64,000 bases of DNA, from NCBI GenBank assembly GCA_009602725.1, contig WELB01000025.1:11614-75613 (forward strand), in the 5' to 3' direction. The notes beneath the pieces were generated by a model. That model did no database searches, was not told the origin of the DNA, and was given only the letters and a program-made list of their open reading frames with translations. This document shows, in pieces, positions 1-11,813 of this stretch. A program made the translations under genes and the position numbers. Within the stretch, counting starts at the first letter, position 1; every line of letters begins with the position of its first letter. Origin of the DNA: Spirogloea muscicola (Eukaryota).

Positions 1-929
1 CCACCCCCCGCCCCGCGCCCCCGGCCCATTCATACACACTCCATCCCCAGACCCCGGCCCATTTCACATATTCGCCCATTCAACTATGGAGGCATGCTGC
101 CCCATGCTGCACCTGTGCTCCGAGTGGCTTCGACGGAGCCCTCAAACAGCAGATTGTTTGGAGAGGCAAGGGTGGTCATGGTGCCCTTGCCATGCAATTT
201 TGCTAGCTCCTCACGCGCGCTGAGGCAGCTGTCTGTGCCTGCCTTAGCTGATGCCTCGCCACCATGTGCCTGAGGCCTCGTGCTGACAGTCCCTGTGAAT
301 CAGGCTGGACAGGCCGAAGATTCATTGACTCTTTACAGGTATACTCACGCTGGACAACACACTTGCGATTTCGTTCATCCCTACTTTTCCTTATGTCGCA
401 GGCTAGCAACAATGTGCAACATGGGGCCACTTCGGCCTCACGCAACTTGATTTGGAAAAAGATTGCTGGTAGACCTAATATTGGTGAGCAGCATGGGATC
501 ACTGCACCTCCACGTACCTGGTGCGGTGTACAAGTGGAGCTTCCATTGCCCAATGTGCAATTAACATACACCGGAACCAAGTGGTTGAAGTGTCAAGAGC
601 ATCTCATGACAAATTGGTACAACTACTGCAAGGGAATGAATGTCATTGGCTGATCAATCAGGACACTCACAGTGAAAGTGGTACTCGCCTACTGAGATCA
701 ACGTTCTCTAGCCTCTAGTCAGTCCTCAGCATGCTGAGCGCGCACTAAAGCAGGCCACCAGCTTGCCGGTGGTGCGCCAGATTGCAAGATAGCCTGTCAG
801 ATGTGTGTGCTCATGGTAACGCTAGCTTTTGCCTGAAGGGAACAAAAGCCTTTCGCCTGAACGCCGAGCTGGCTTGATCTGGCCTCCCTTCCATCTCACG
901 CGCACGCGCGCTTCATCCTTCCCTCTCTT

Positions 930-1010
930 TCGCTTGCTTTGCACCGCCGCGCCGGTCGCGCCCTTGCAGCAGCCTCTGGCTTGCGCAGCGGGGTTGCTCT
1001 TCCTCCCCGA
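930..1010 (+). mobile_element. CRE-like retrotransposon ORF C-terminal fragment
   Basis: Translates ALHRRAGRALAAASGLRSG, matching the element C-terminus at 16104-16230 (ALHLRAGRALAAASGFRQG). Confidence 0.65.
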
Positions 1011-1061
1011 GCCAATGGCTCCGTCAAGAACACCTGTGTGCATCTGGCCAGGTTTCACAGC

Positions 1062-1217
1062 GAGTACTGAGCTTCCCTCTGCATCGTCTATGTGTTTTGC
1101 AGTGTTTTGTGGTGTCGTCCTTTTTCCCGGCTCCTCTTCCTTTGGCTTCGGACATTGTCCATTCTGTTTTGGGCTGGCTTTGCCAGCCCCTCGTCTCTAT
1201 GGGCGAGCACTTTCTTC
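1062..1217 (+). mobile_element. 5'-truncated CRE-like retrotransposon 3' end with TSD
   Basis: Stop/3'UTR module gagtactgagcttccctctgcatcg...gggctggctttgccagcccc...gggcgagcactttcttc, flanked by the direct repeat TTTCACAGC (1053-1061 and 1218-1226). Same module at 15842-15950, 50080-50190 and 61718-61888. Confidence 0.8.
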
Positions 1218-1305
1218 TTTCACAGCCGCTCTTTCAATATCAGCAGCCGCAATCGTTCTTTCCACGCTTCCCGCCGCCTAGCCCCTGGCCGGCCCCGCCG
1301 TCGCC

Positions 1306-4300
1306 ATGGCGGCCGTGGGCAAGCGCCCGCGCGCCGCCCTGGAGGCGGCCGGGGGCGACGACCTCGACCAGCCGGCGCCGGCCGACGCCGTGGACCTCGC
1401 GCTGCTGGAGGCGCTGAAGCGCGACGCCGCGGCGCCGCCCCCCCCGCTGGACGCCCGCGGCCTCAAACGCCTGGTGCTGGCGTTCGAGAAGAAGCTGCGC
1501 GACAACCTGGAGGCGCGCATGAAGGTCCGCTCCCAAGGCCTTCTCGCCTGCCGGCCTCGGCCTGCCTGCCGAGGGGCAGCCGGCGGCTGAGCGCCGCCCT
1601 CTGGCACCGCATGGCGCACAGTACGGCGACCAGCCGGCCAAGTTCATGGAGTCGGAGGTGGAGCTGGACGATGAGGTGCGCAGGCTGCACGAGCTGACAG
1701 GTGAGCCGAGGCCCAGGGTGGCGGGTCGCGGGCCCGAGGCCCTCTGCAGCTGCAGAGCGTCCACAGCCTCGCCCTCACCTTCTCCAAAACCCCTGCTTGG
1801 CAGGAGCGCCGGCCCTCTACCCGGAGCTCGTGCGCCTCGACGTCGTGCCGTCGCTCCTCGGCCTGCTGTCGCACGAGAACAGCGACATTGTCATCGACGT
1901 CGTCGACCTCCTCAACGACCTGACTGATGGCGATGTTATTGGGGACAACGAGGAGGAGGTAGCCGCGGCTGACGCATCCCCTCCCTGTACCTCAGCACTA
2001 ACTCTGACCCTCTCAGTTAACCCGGTAACCTGCGCTGCTTGCTCCTCCGTCCCCTCCCCGTCCCCTGGCAACAATGAGACCAGCCTGTGCGGGCGTTGAC
2101 CCCCGGGGGACCAGGCGCTGGTGCTGGTGGACGCGCTGATCGAGAACAACGCTCTGGAGACATTGGTCCAGAACCTGTCCAGGATGGACGAGACCGATGC
2201 CGACGAGGCTCAGGCTGTCTTCAACACGCTGAGCATCATCGAGAACATGATAGAGGCCAAGGCCGACACCGCCGAGCTTGTTTGTGAGCGCACGCAGCTT
2301 CTTACATGGTTGCTCAAGAGGTCTTGCTCTTCACTCGCAGTCGCCCTTCTCTGCTCTTCGCCTGCCTCCCGCTTTGCTATGCTCCAACCCGCAGCTTGCT
2401 GCCTCTTCACAACTGTGCCCATGGCATCGTTTCTTACGCTGCAGCGTTGCTGCGCACATGTGCATAATGCACGATATATATTGCAACTGGGTACGGAGCT
2501 AGAGGGCACCCTCTGGCGGCAACGGGTGGCGTGTCTCAACAGCTGCCAACCTGACACTTGCTGGCTCTGGCTGCAGGGTGAAGGTGCGTGAGTTCGATAG
2601 CAACAAGTTGTACGCAAGCGAGATGCTTGCCATCGTTCTGCAGAATAGCCACGAGAACCAGCGCAGGGTGGGCCAGCTCAATGGGGTGGATACCCTGCTT
2701 CAGGCTGTGGCCCTGTACAAGGGCAGAGACCCCCGCACGGCTGAGGAGGAGGAAATGGTCGAGAATCTCTTTGACGCTCTCTGCTCTGTCGTCATGCCGC
2801 CTGAGAACAAGGAGCGCTTTGTGAAGGTTAGAATTGCAAGTGACGGAAGCTTGCCTGGTCAGATGACCCACAACAGCGTGTGAAGCCTTGCAAGTGAGCA
2901 TGCAGATATGTCTGTTGCCTGACTGCTTTTGCACTGACCCACAGATCTTCCTGCCGTCTTGCATCAATGACATACAGTTGGATATTTGTCCTCGATTGTC
3001 TGTTTCGAGGAGGGCACGTCTAGCCTGAGCAGTTGCTTCTACCTCTCCGCAGGCGGAAGGAGTGGAGCTCATGATCATCATCATGAAGCAAAAGAGGTTG
3101 GCATACGCATCCGCCATGAAGGCTCTGGACTTTGCTTGCACTCGATGTCCGGCCGCCTGTGAGCGCTTTGTTGAGGTCCTGGGCCTCAAGACTCTCTTCA
3201 CCGCCTTCATGGGCAAGGCAAGAATCTTAAAATCTCTTACAGCGAGGCTGCGTGCACAGTCCTTGATCCCTCGCAATCCAATGATGGGTCCTTCACAAGC
3301 CTGCTAATCTCAGTCAGCAGGCTGTATAAGACAGACGGGGGAATGAGGGTCTCAGCTGGCAAAATTTCCTCTGGTCCATCCGGTGTAGGTGCCAGTGAGG
3401 AGAAAGGCAAAGGGAGACACAGTGCAGGCGCAAGAAGAGGTGGACGAGCGTGTCATTTCTCTAGCATCTTCGCTCTATGGTGACCTTCTCCCTCAGCCCT
3501 TCTTAGATTGTCTTGCTGGTTCCATTGGTCCAAGCACTTGATGCACGTGCTTGGTCTCGTTTGCCAGTTTGCAGTCTGTAAGCTGAGGTAGAATTGTGCA
3601 CTTGATAATGGACAACACACAATGATCTCAAGAAATGTTGACCACAATTTTCCAATTGTTGTAGGAGGGTTGTCAAAGGGGGCAAGACGGGACCGTCTAC
3701 TTTCAAAATTCACTGAGAATGAGTTTGAGAAGACTGACCGACTTATGGAGCTCTACATGCGGTACTTTGTTCGCCCAAGCACGGCACCTGAAGTCCTAAT
3801 TGCATGCACTACGGTGTCACTTCGGGTGTAGCCATGTGTTATGGCCTATGGGTGGGCGAGCTTTCAAATACTTCCAATGGGTAAAGAGTTGCCGGTTGTC
3901 TGGTCAAGGGTGTGATGAGGTCATCATGACACTTGTCGCTGGGATCTCCACTACTTCGTACATGTACGAGTTCATTTACTTGGGAGCTTAGTGAATCACA
4001 TCTTGCAGGCTGCCTCATAACAATTTGTCTTAGAGATATTGACTTCTTACATCACTATGCATTCATCTTGCTATCTGGTTGACCATCTTCAGTGCCAAGT
4101 TTAGAATTGATTTCTTCCACCTATCCTGCATGGTGGCAGCTACCTAGAGAGAGTAAGAGCAGAGGAGAGGCGGCAGGATGAGCAGATGGACCTTGAAGAG
4201 GATGAGATGGGAGTAAGTGTGTTTCACCTTAGCTGCTCCCCACAGCTAACGTCAGCTGTGCAAATGGTGGTGCTAAAGGCATCCTTGCCTTGTTTGCAGC

Positions 4301-4937
4301 TTCTGCGAAGATTGATAACAGGTCCCTCACAGGACATCCCACCTTTGCTTGTGCCCTCCAGCTCGACGCAGATGAGAAGTACTTGGCCAAGCTAGAGGCT
4401 GGCCTGTACACACTTCAGCTGCTGGCACTCATCCTTGCGCACCTATGGGCTGCTGAGTAAGGATAGAAGACTCTCAGATCGTGCTCTGCTACCAAGCTCA
4501 TCATGAGCCGCTTGCTAGCAACTCTGTGAACTTGCAATGGTGATGTCTGATTGCTGATGATGGGTGTCAGCACAGTCAACCGGGCATGAGAAGTCGGATA
4601 GAGGTGCTTTTGAAGCAGCACAAGCTGGTTCGAGCAGACATACGGGAAATATTGCAGGTCTGCGCCTCCAATTTGAAGACCTGGGTGTGACGATCATTGC
4701 TGGCAACAATGTCCTGCCTCCAGCTGCTTTTGCTATACCCAGTCAAAAGACTGTGCATCATTGACAAGGATGCAGCCTGGAGAGTATTTCATCATTGCAT
4801 TTGCTGACTAGATTGCACTACTAACTTGTTGCTTGGCTGGTCAGGAGTACCATGATAACATCGGTGATATTGACGGGCTAGAGGAGAGGGTGAAGAGGAG
4901 AGCCAAGATTGAGAAGCTCATAAACTCATTGCAATAG
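1306..4937 (+). CDS. CTNNBL1: Beta-catenin-like protein 1 (Prp19/NTC spliceosome component), multi-exon
   Basis: Spliced exons give LKRLVLAFEKKLRDNLEARMK, KFMESEVELD, LYPELVRLDVVPSLLGLLSHENSDI, NKLYASEMLAIVLQN, EEEEMVENLFDALCS, KFTENEFEKTDRLMELY, YLAKLEAGLYTLQ, EYHDNIGD...LQ*. ATG at 1306, TAG at 4935-4937. Confidence 0.93.
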
Positions 4938-5066
4938 CACAGGAATATCCCATGATATGATACATTTTGCTACCCCGTGGCTTTACTCAATTGATGACTA
5001 TCATAGGGGTGTCATGTCTGTCTAATGAGTCACAGTATGCTTATGACAAGCAGCGACTTTTCCAGC

Positions 5067-7185
5067 TCAGTCGCTTCGTGGTCTACGACGTTGTGGTCGT
5101 GTAGCTACAAAGATTGAGCCTTTGTCTCCTCGGCCAATCCGCAGATCTTCGTCCAAGTAAGTCGTATCCACCCACCTGCCAACAGTCAAGGAGATTGACT
5201 CACCAACGCACAAAATTCAATAATCGACAGCCCACGCACTTGTGTAAGGAGGTTCTGTATGTGAGGACGGGCACAAGGAAGGGACAGACGCACTCAGTGA
5301 AGAGGAGGCTTTTAGGTGCATTCCAGCTTTCATACTTCCGCTCAGAGTGCTCACCCCTTTGGCTGGATCCACCCAAGAGGCATTGTAACGGGCCCAAGTG
5401 GTCCAACTCTGACAACAAACTTTTCGAAGACTACATTCAACCTTACGGCACCCCTTCCAGGAAGTGGCGGGCTTTTTTCAAAGGAACCATTGATGCACAA
5501 AGAGCCTGCACAGAACGTTGACACTATCACAGGCCTTTTACTAGAAATCGCAAAAGCCTGCGATGCAAAGCACAAGTCAACCATTGTCAAGCTGCACATG
5601 TGGAAACTGTGCCTGGTCCTATCTATATAATTTGCATCCTCTTGAGTATGTGGTTGTAAGTCGAGGGGTCTTTCGGGTCAAGGCAAAGCACCTGGCATGC
5701 CAAAGAAGGTGAAGTTTGCAATATTGTCAACCTTCATCCTGTTTGTATCAATGACCTACATCGATTGAGCAGGTTGCAACAAATAAGGGCGTTCAATCAC
5801 GGCTGATCTAGCAACATAGTGTTCTAAGCAGCACTCCTGAGTACTCCACTTCGCCCTTCTCTCCATGATTGTAAGCTGCTGCTTAGTGCCGCTTCTAGGC
5901 TCCATGTCTTCGTGTGCAGGTAAAAACAGTGTGGCTGACACAGTGGCATGAGAGCATTGAGCAGCTCAAGGCCAAGGAGCAGGAGTCACCTGGGTACTGC
6001 CTGTTTGCTTGACAGTGTCGAATGCAGCAGGCTTGACGCGTGCAAGGAAGGGTCCTTCTTCTGTGCCAGCAAATTTGTCCACAGTAGCCTCTGCAGGCCA
6101 TCTCCAGGATCAGTGTGATCAGGGTCTTCTCATTCAGGCTTCAGTATCTGCCAGTACCTGAAGTGATCCGTGCAGATCAGCAGGTTGCCAAGCAACAGAG
6201 CAGAAGGTGCTGATGCAAGTTTTGCCACCAGCAACGTGCACGAGGGCCATGATGGCGGCAGCAACCGTCAGTCGGGGCCGTGTAAAGGAGCGTCCAAGTC
6301 CCAGACACAAGAGGCGACATGATAGGATCGCTTGTGGGGTTGCACTTCTCCAGGGCCTGGAGGCAGGCCAGCAGAGCTCCTCATTGTGAGCCCGTCTGCA
6401 CGAGAAAGATGGATATGCCGAGTGCCAAGCCCGTCACGTGTCCGAAGCATCATTCGAGTGCTACGCTTCCATACTCCTCCAGGCCAATTTCGGCAGCTTG
6501 GCGAGTTCACCTGAAGCAGTTCCAGAGCTCGTTGCCTCTGCTGAGATGAAGTCCTCTGCAGGCAGCCCGGCAGATGGAGCAGACGAGGAGCCCACAGCAT
6601 CAGTCCAACTCTGGCTGCCAGCTCCCATGGCTTGGGCGCCTGGCTGTCTGCTGCAGCTCGCCCTAGCAGGCAGTCAGCTCCTGCACAGCTGGCAAGAAGC
6701 GCGGTGCAGGTGTGAGAGGGGCGACAGCTGCTCCTCTACCTTGCCACGGTCGGTGCCGGTCGTGATCTGCTTGACTAGGTCCTTGAGCTCCTCCCGGCTC
6801 GTCGACGGCGCCGCGCCAAGGCCCGTGCCGTCAGCTGCCAGCTGCGAACGTCGTGCTGCACCAGCACCTCCCCTTCTCTGCGCTACAGGCAGGAGGCAGC
6901 TGCCATCAGCCGCACGGCTGCGCGGAGCCGGGCATGGGCGGCCGTCGGGCTGGTGCAGCACGGCTGTACCTGCGGCCCCGGCGGGCGACAAACTTGCGCC
7001 AGCCGGCTGCCAGGCTCGCCGCGAGCGAGGGCCTGCAGCGAGAGCGGCCGGCACGAGCCGGGCAGGCAGGGAGAAGCAGAGGGGCAAGGCAGCGGCGGCA
7101 AGCGCTGCGGTGGGCAGGAGCCGGGAGCACCCGCGGCCAGGACGCGGCCGCAAGTGCGTGCAGGCGGGGGGCCGGCGGCAGCCAT
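5067..7185 (-). CDS. PAP/fibrillin (plastid lipid-associated) family protein, multi-exon; start uncertain
   Basis: Minus-strand exons: [57 protein letters not shown] ... [15 protein letters not shown] ... RLNVVFEKF...[26 protein letters not shown]...*. These are diagnostic PAP_fibrillin motifs. Not recoverable as a single ORF in the track. Confidence 0.88.
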
Positions 7186-7325
7186 AGTGCGGCCGCAAGG
7201 CCACGCGACAGCCAGAGCCCGAGGGCGAGCAGAGCCGGAGCGAGGGAGGAGGAGGGAAGGAGCGCATGGAAGGAAGGGACAGGGAGGCCAGCTCAAAGCC
7301 GATGTCCTGAGAAGAAAGAAGCAAG

Positions 7326-7798
7326 GGCTCGCCCATTGAGGGTAGGGGCTGGAAAAGCCAGCCCGGAAAGCAGGCAGAGCCTGGTGCAGACGAAACAAGG
7401 CTGACGGAGGAAGGGTGCGCAAAGCAGCCGCTTCGCCGTGCTCGCGCTCCTGCTGCTGGCTGACAGGCGCTTGCACCGTCCGCCTGGACTTGGCCTCCCT
7501 TCCGTCTCCCCGAGAGCAAGCGCGGCCAGATTAACTGGTGGCTGGGAGAGGCCAGCCCAAAAGAATGGACAAGGTCTGAAGGAGTCGGAGTGCTAAGGAC
7601 TGAGACAGCAGTAAGCGAACTCTCAGTAACCCCGCCGCGACGGGCAGCAAGGCGAGCAGCCTGGCTTCCATGTCGCCGGGTCCCTCGCCCAAGTTTACCG
7701 GATGCGCCTGGCCGTCTCTTTGCAGCGGTCCCTAGCTTTTGCGGTCCACTTGCGCGCAGGCCGCGCTCTGGCGGCGGCCTCCGGCTTCCGTCAGGGCG
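7326..7798. mobile_element. Cluster of CRE-like retrotransposon 3' fragments (both orientations)
   Basis: Minus-strand 3'UTR modules (7326-7375; agcaagcgcggccagattaactggtggctgggagaggccagcccaaaagaatggacaagg from ~7515) and a plus-strand ORF tail RMRLAVSLQRSLAFAVHLRAGRALAAASGFRQG running into the gap. Confidence 0.8.
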
Positions 7799-8508
7799 NN
7801 NNNNNNNNNNNNNNNNNNNNNNNNNNNNNNNNNNNNNNNNNNNNNNNNNNNNNNNNNNNNNNNNNNNNNNNNNNNNNNNNNNNNNNNNNNNNNNNNNNNN
7901 NNNNNNNNNNNNNNNNNNNNNNNNNNNNNNNNNNNNNNNNNNNNNNNNNNNNNNNNNNNNNNNNNNNNNNNNNNNNNNNNNNNNNNNNNNNNNNNNNNNN
8001 NNNNNNNNNNNNNNNNNNNNNNNNNNNNNNNNNNNNNNNNNNNNNNNNNNNNNNNNNNNNNNNNNNNNNNNNNNNNNNNNNNNNNNNNNNNNNNNNNNNN
8101 NNNNNNNNNNNNNNNNNNNNNNNNNNNNNNNNNNNNNNNNNNNNNNNNNNNNNNNNNNNNNNNNNNNNNNNNNNNNNNNNNNNNNNNNNNNNNNNNNNNN
8201 NNNNNNNNNNNNNNNNNNNNNNNNNNNNNNNNNNNNNNNNNNNNNNNNNNNNNNNNNNNNNNNNNNNNNNNNNNNNNNNNNNNNNNNNNNNNNNNNNNNN
8301 NNNNNNNNNNNNNNNNNNNNNNNNNNNNNNNNNNNNNNNNNNNNNNNNNNNNNNNNNNNNNNNNNNNNNNNNNNNNNNNNNNNNNNNNNNNNNNNNNNNN
8401 NNNNNNNNNNNNNNNNNNNNNNNNNNNNNNNNNNNNNNNNNNNNNNNNNNNNNNNNNNNNNNNNNNNNNNNNNNNNNNNNNNNNNNNNNNNNNNNNNNNN
8501 NNNNNNNN

Positions 8509-8608
<100 letters not shown>

Positions 8609-8609
8609 C

Positions 8610-11600
8610 TCCTGGAGGTCCCCGCCCCCCCCCTCCCCCCCGCGCTGCTGCCGCGCTCTCCGCGCCCGCGCCTTCCGCGCGCGCGCCTCGCCGCCCCGCT
8701 GACGCTCCGTCCTCCTCTTCCTCGACTGCAGTGACGTCCAGGTCAGGGACAGCCCCCCGCCGCCTCTCGCCGCCGCTCCGCCCCCGCCCGTGGCATTGCC
8801 ACTTCTCCCGGAGACCGCGCCGGAGTGGCGCAACAAGGAGTCGTGGCGGGCGGGGCCGGGACCGGGGCTGGGACCGGGGCCGGGCATGGGCCGCGGCCGC
8901 CGCAGCTTCGAAGACGGCGGCAATGCCGTGGGATTCGCCTCGAGGGAGGGGCCCGGCGGCTGGGAGAGGGACGGCGCGATGAATGGGGGCCACCGCGCCA
9001 ACGGCCCCATGGGGCTCCCTGGCCGCCGGTGGGACGGCGCGCCGGACCACCACCACCTCGTCGACCGCGAGCCGAACAGGCGGAGCTTAGGCGACCCTGA
9101 GACTGATGACCGAGGTGAGTCAGCTGATGTCAGCTGATTGCCTTGCTTGAGCGACAAAAAGAAAGGGCGTGCCGTCGAAGTGCTAGTTGCAGCTGTGTGA
9201 GTGGAGCTGTGCCTTGCAGCCATGCTGAATCCAGGACTTGTTGGAGGACGCATGCTGCACGTTTCCCATACCGTGCAGCCCTATCAGACTCAGGCAGACA
9301 TTCGTTGCGGGCATGTCTCTCAGGTCACGCACGGGACGGCAACATGCGGAAGCCGTATGGCAGTGGTGGGGCCAATGGCGAGGGCATCATGCTGCGACCA
9401 GGCTGGGCTGCCCAAGACAGGGATGGCGGGCCCAGTGGCAGGGGAGCCGTTTTCTCAAGGAGCAACTCACATGGCCCAGACCGCCCCTCCCCGAGCTTCG
9501 AGCGCTCTCGCCCTGGCCACCAGCAGCTCACTCGTCCTCCTTATGGAGCTAGCAATCAGGTTGGGAAGTAGCTGGCCAGCAACTGTCCTGCCCTGTTGCA
9601 CGCCTGGTCGGGCATCGAATGTGAGATGGGCCATGGGGCGTTGACCTGTTCACGCCCAGTCTGTCTCTTGGTCTGTGCGCTTGTCAATGGACTGAAGGGG
9701 CCCTTTCACGTGGCAGGACAATCCACGCCACCAGCCGGCCCTTGGTGACGACTTTGCAGACAAGGAGACATTCGGCAATGGAGTCATGACCTCCGAGGAG
9801 AGAGCAGCAATGGAGAAGAAGCGCAGAGGTAAGGCTTCTGGTGACTTGCTGGCACGATAGACCCGCCGGATTGTGCGCGAGGAGGGATGGTCGAGGGACG
9901 GTCTGTGTCGAGACAGTGGGAGTGCTCTGCAGTACTGGATGGGCACAAGGAGCCCCATGTTCTCTTTGTGGCGGCCAGCAGGGTTTGTTTCAAAGTTTGT
10001 GTGGCCACAGCTTTTCATGGTGGATCGAATGCTGTCCCGGGGTCTGCTGTGGCAAGAAGGCAAGAGGGGCTTGCAGTCAACAGCTGACGTTACCGTGATC
10101 GTGCGCAGAGGAGTTTGAGAAGATGCGCAAGGATGCACAGCGGCATAGCAGCGAGCCGGTGCGCGTGGTGGGGCAGGATGAGCTCCAGCGTCGGAAGCAC
10201 AGCATTGACAGCCTGTGGGATCAAGACTTGTCGGGCACCTCTGACCATCCAGGTCCTCAGACTCGCGAGCCATCATCCCTAGTGGCTGCTTCTGCACCAT
10301 CAGCAGCGACGGTACATGCTACTAGGCCTGTAGTTCCACCTGGCTTCATGAAGCCCCCGGGTTTCGAAGAAACCACACAGCCGTCTGCTGCGGTGCATAT
10401 TCTACCCCCCCTCTCCAATGGCCTTGTGCTACCATTGCTTCGCTTTGTTGACTTTCTTTCCCCATCATTAAGGTTGTGAGCCTGAGGTGGCCACCGTCTG
10501 TAGCAGGTTGACAGTCTGCCAGTACCTTGACTCAGCTGGCAGAGGTCAACCACTTCCTGACACAGTCTGCTTCGTTGAGCCATTGCTTGTGAAGGCCTCA
10601 GACGTGAAGAATGTCTCGTCCATCAGCTCCAGCGTGCTGCCATTGGAAGCCATGGGGTCCGGGCAAGGAATCAAGGTATAGGCTGACAAGAATCTGTGCG
10701 TTGAAAGGAGCTACCCGCAAGCTCGTGCTATTGACTGACTTTTGCAAGCTTGATCTTCTGAAATGCTGCAGGCAAGAGACCTAGAGGATAGCCTCTTTGC
10801 CTCGGTTGCAGCTGTTGGAAGGAGCAAGGACGTGGAGAAGAAGCCCAAGGATGTGGAGAAGAAGCCCTCGCCCGCGCACTCCAATGCTAGCAAGGAAGAA
10901 CATCGTCAACGTGCTGCAGATGCAGGAGAAGAACAAACAGGCCATATTCAGGTCCCTGCCAAGGACAGAGCGGAACCGAATGGAGCCACTGGAAGTGCCT
11001 GGAGCTTTGACAAATTCTTCGGTCCTCGAGACCTTATGGGCACATCAGCACCCGCGAGCAGAGAAGGCTCAATCCTTGACGACCTCTTTAAGGGGGTCGC
11101 TGTTGGCAGTAACGGGAGCCATTTGGATGCCCGCACGTTGGATGGCCACGTTGAGGTGCACAGACTCTCTTCTAAGGCATGCATGCTGCACTAGGACTGT
11201 GATGGCTGCACTGCTTTCTACCATATTAAAAGGGCAGTGAGCACTGATAGCCACTTAGTGCTGGTGATCACACAGGGAAAAGTAGCTGTTGACCTCCCCC
11301 TGCATTCACCACCCCCAAAGTCCTCCAAATTTGCGCAATGGTTCTCCAGTACTGAAGGTGTGTGCCGCAACTCTTCCCTTGACATGCATGCGTTAGCAAG
11401 TTCACATGCAGTTTACCCATCTCATTAGCTCGGTGATGTGTCTTGCCAGCTTCATGCCCTACAGCGTCCTCACACTAGTGCAAAGGACGTGCAGAAGTGG
11501 TCGATGAAGCAGAGCAGGAGGTCATGCCCAGCTTGCTCTCGATGCTAGTCGGCGAGCCATACCGGCCCCCAGGCAAGCCCTCTGCCACAACGATGCTGCA

Positions 11601-11776
11601 GTGCTCTAAGACAGCCAGTCGAGCAGAGTCCCTCTCGAAACCAATGCCTCAAGGGCCCTCGGTTGAGGATATTGAGAGAGGCTTTGTAGCATCTTCCTTT
11701 GTGGAAAAGGCTGGTGTAGTAGACCCTTTGTTCTGCGCCGAGGAGGTAGTACCCCTGGATGTGCCACGAATTACAG

Positions 11777-11813
<37 letters not shown>

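Noticed and set aside
20..85. Three gcccatt motifs as site II/TCP promoter elements
   Set aside because: Too short and at the window edge, and cannot be tied to a gene start.
5990..6005. GC-AG intron in the fibrillin gene
   Set aside because: The exon extends in frame (TGSTQ) to a normal GT donor that matches the phase of the next exon.
7515..7610. Hammerhead or HDV-like ribozyme in the repeat (ctgaaggagtc...gactgagac; gaatggac)
   Set aside because: The core deviates from CUGANGA/GAAA, is not conserved in other copies, and the HDV nested pseudoknot pairing order cannot be built.
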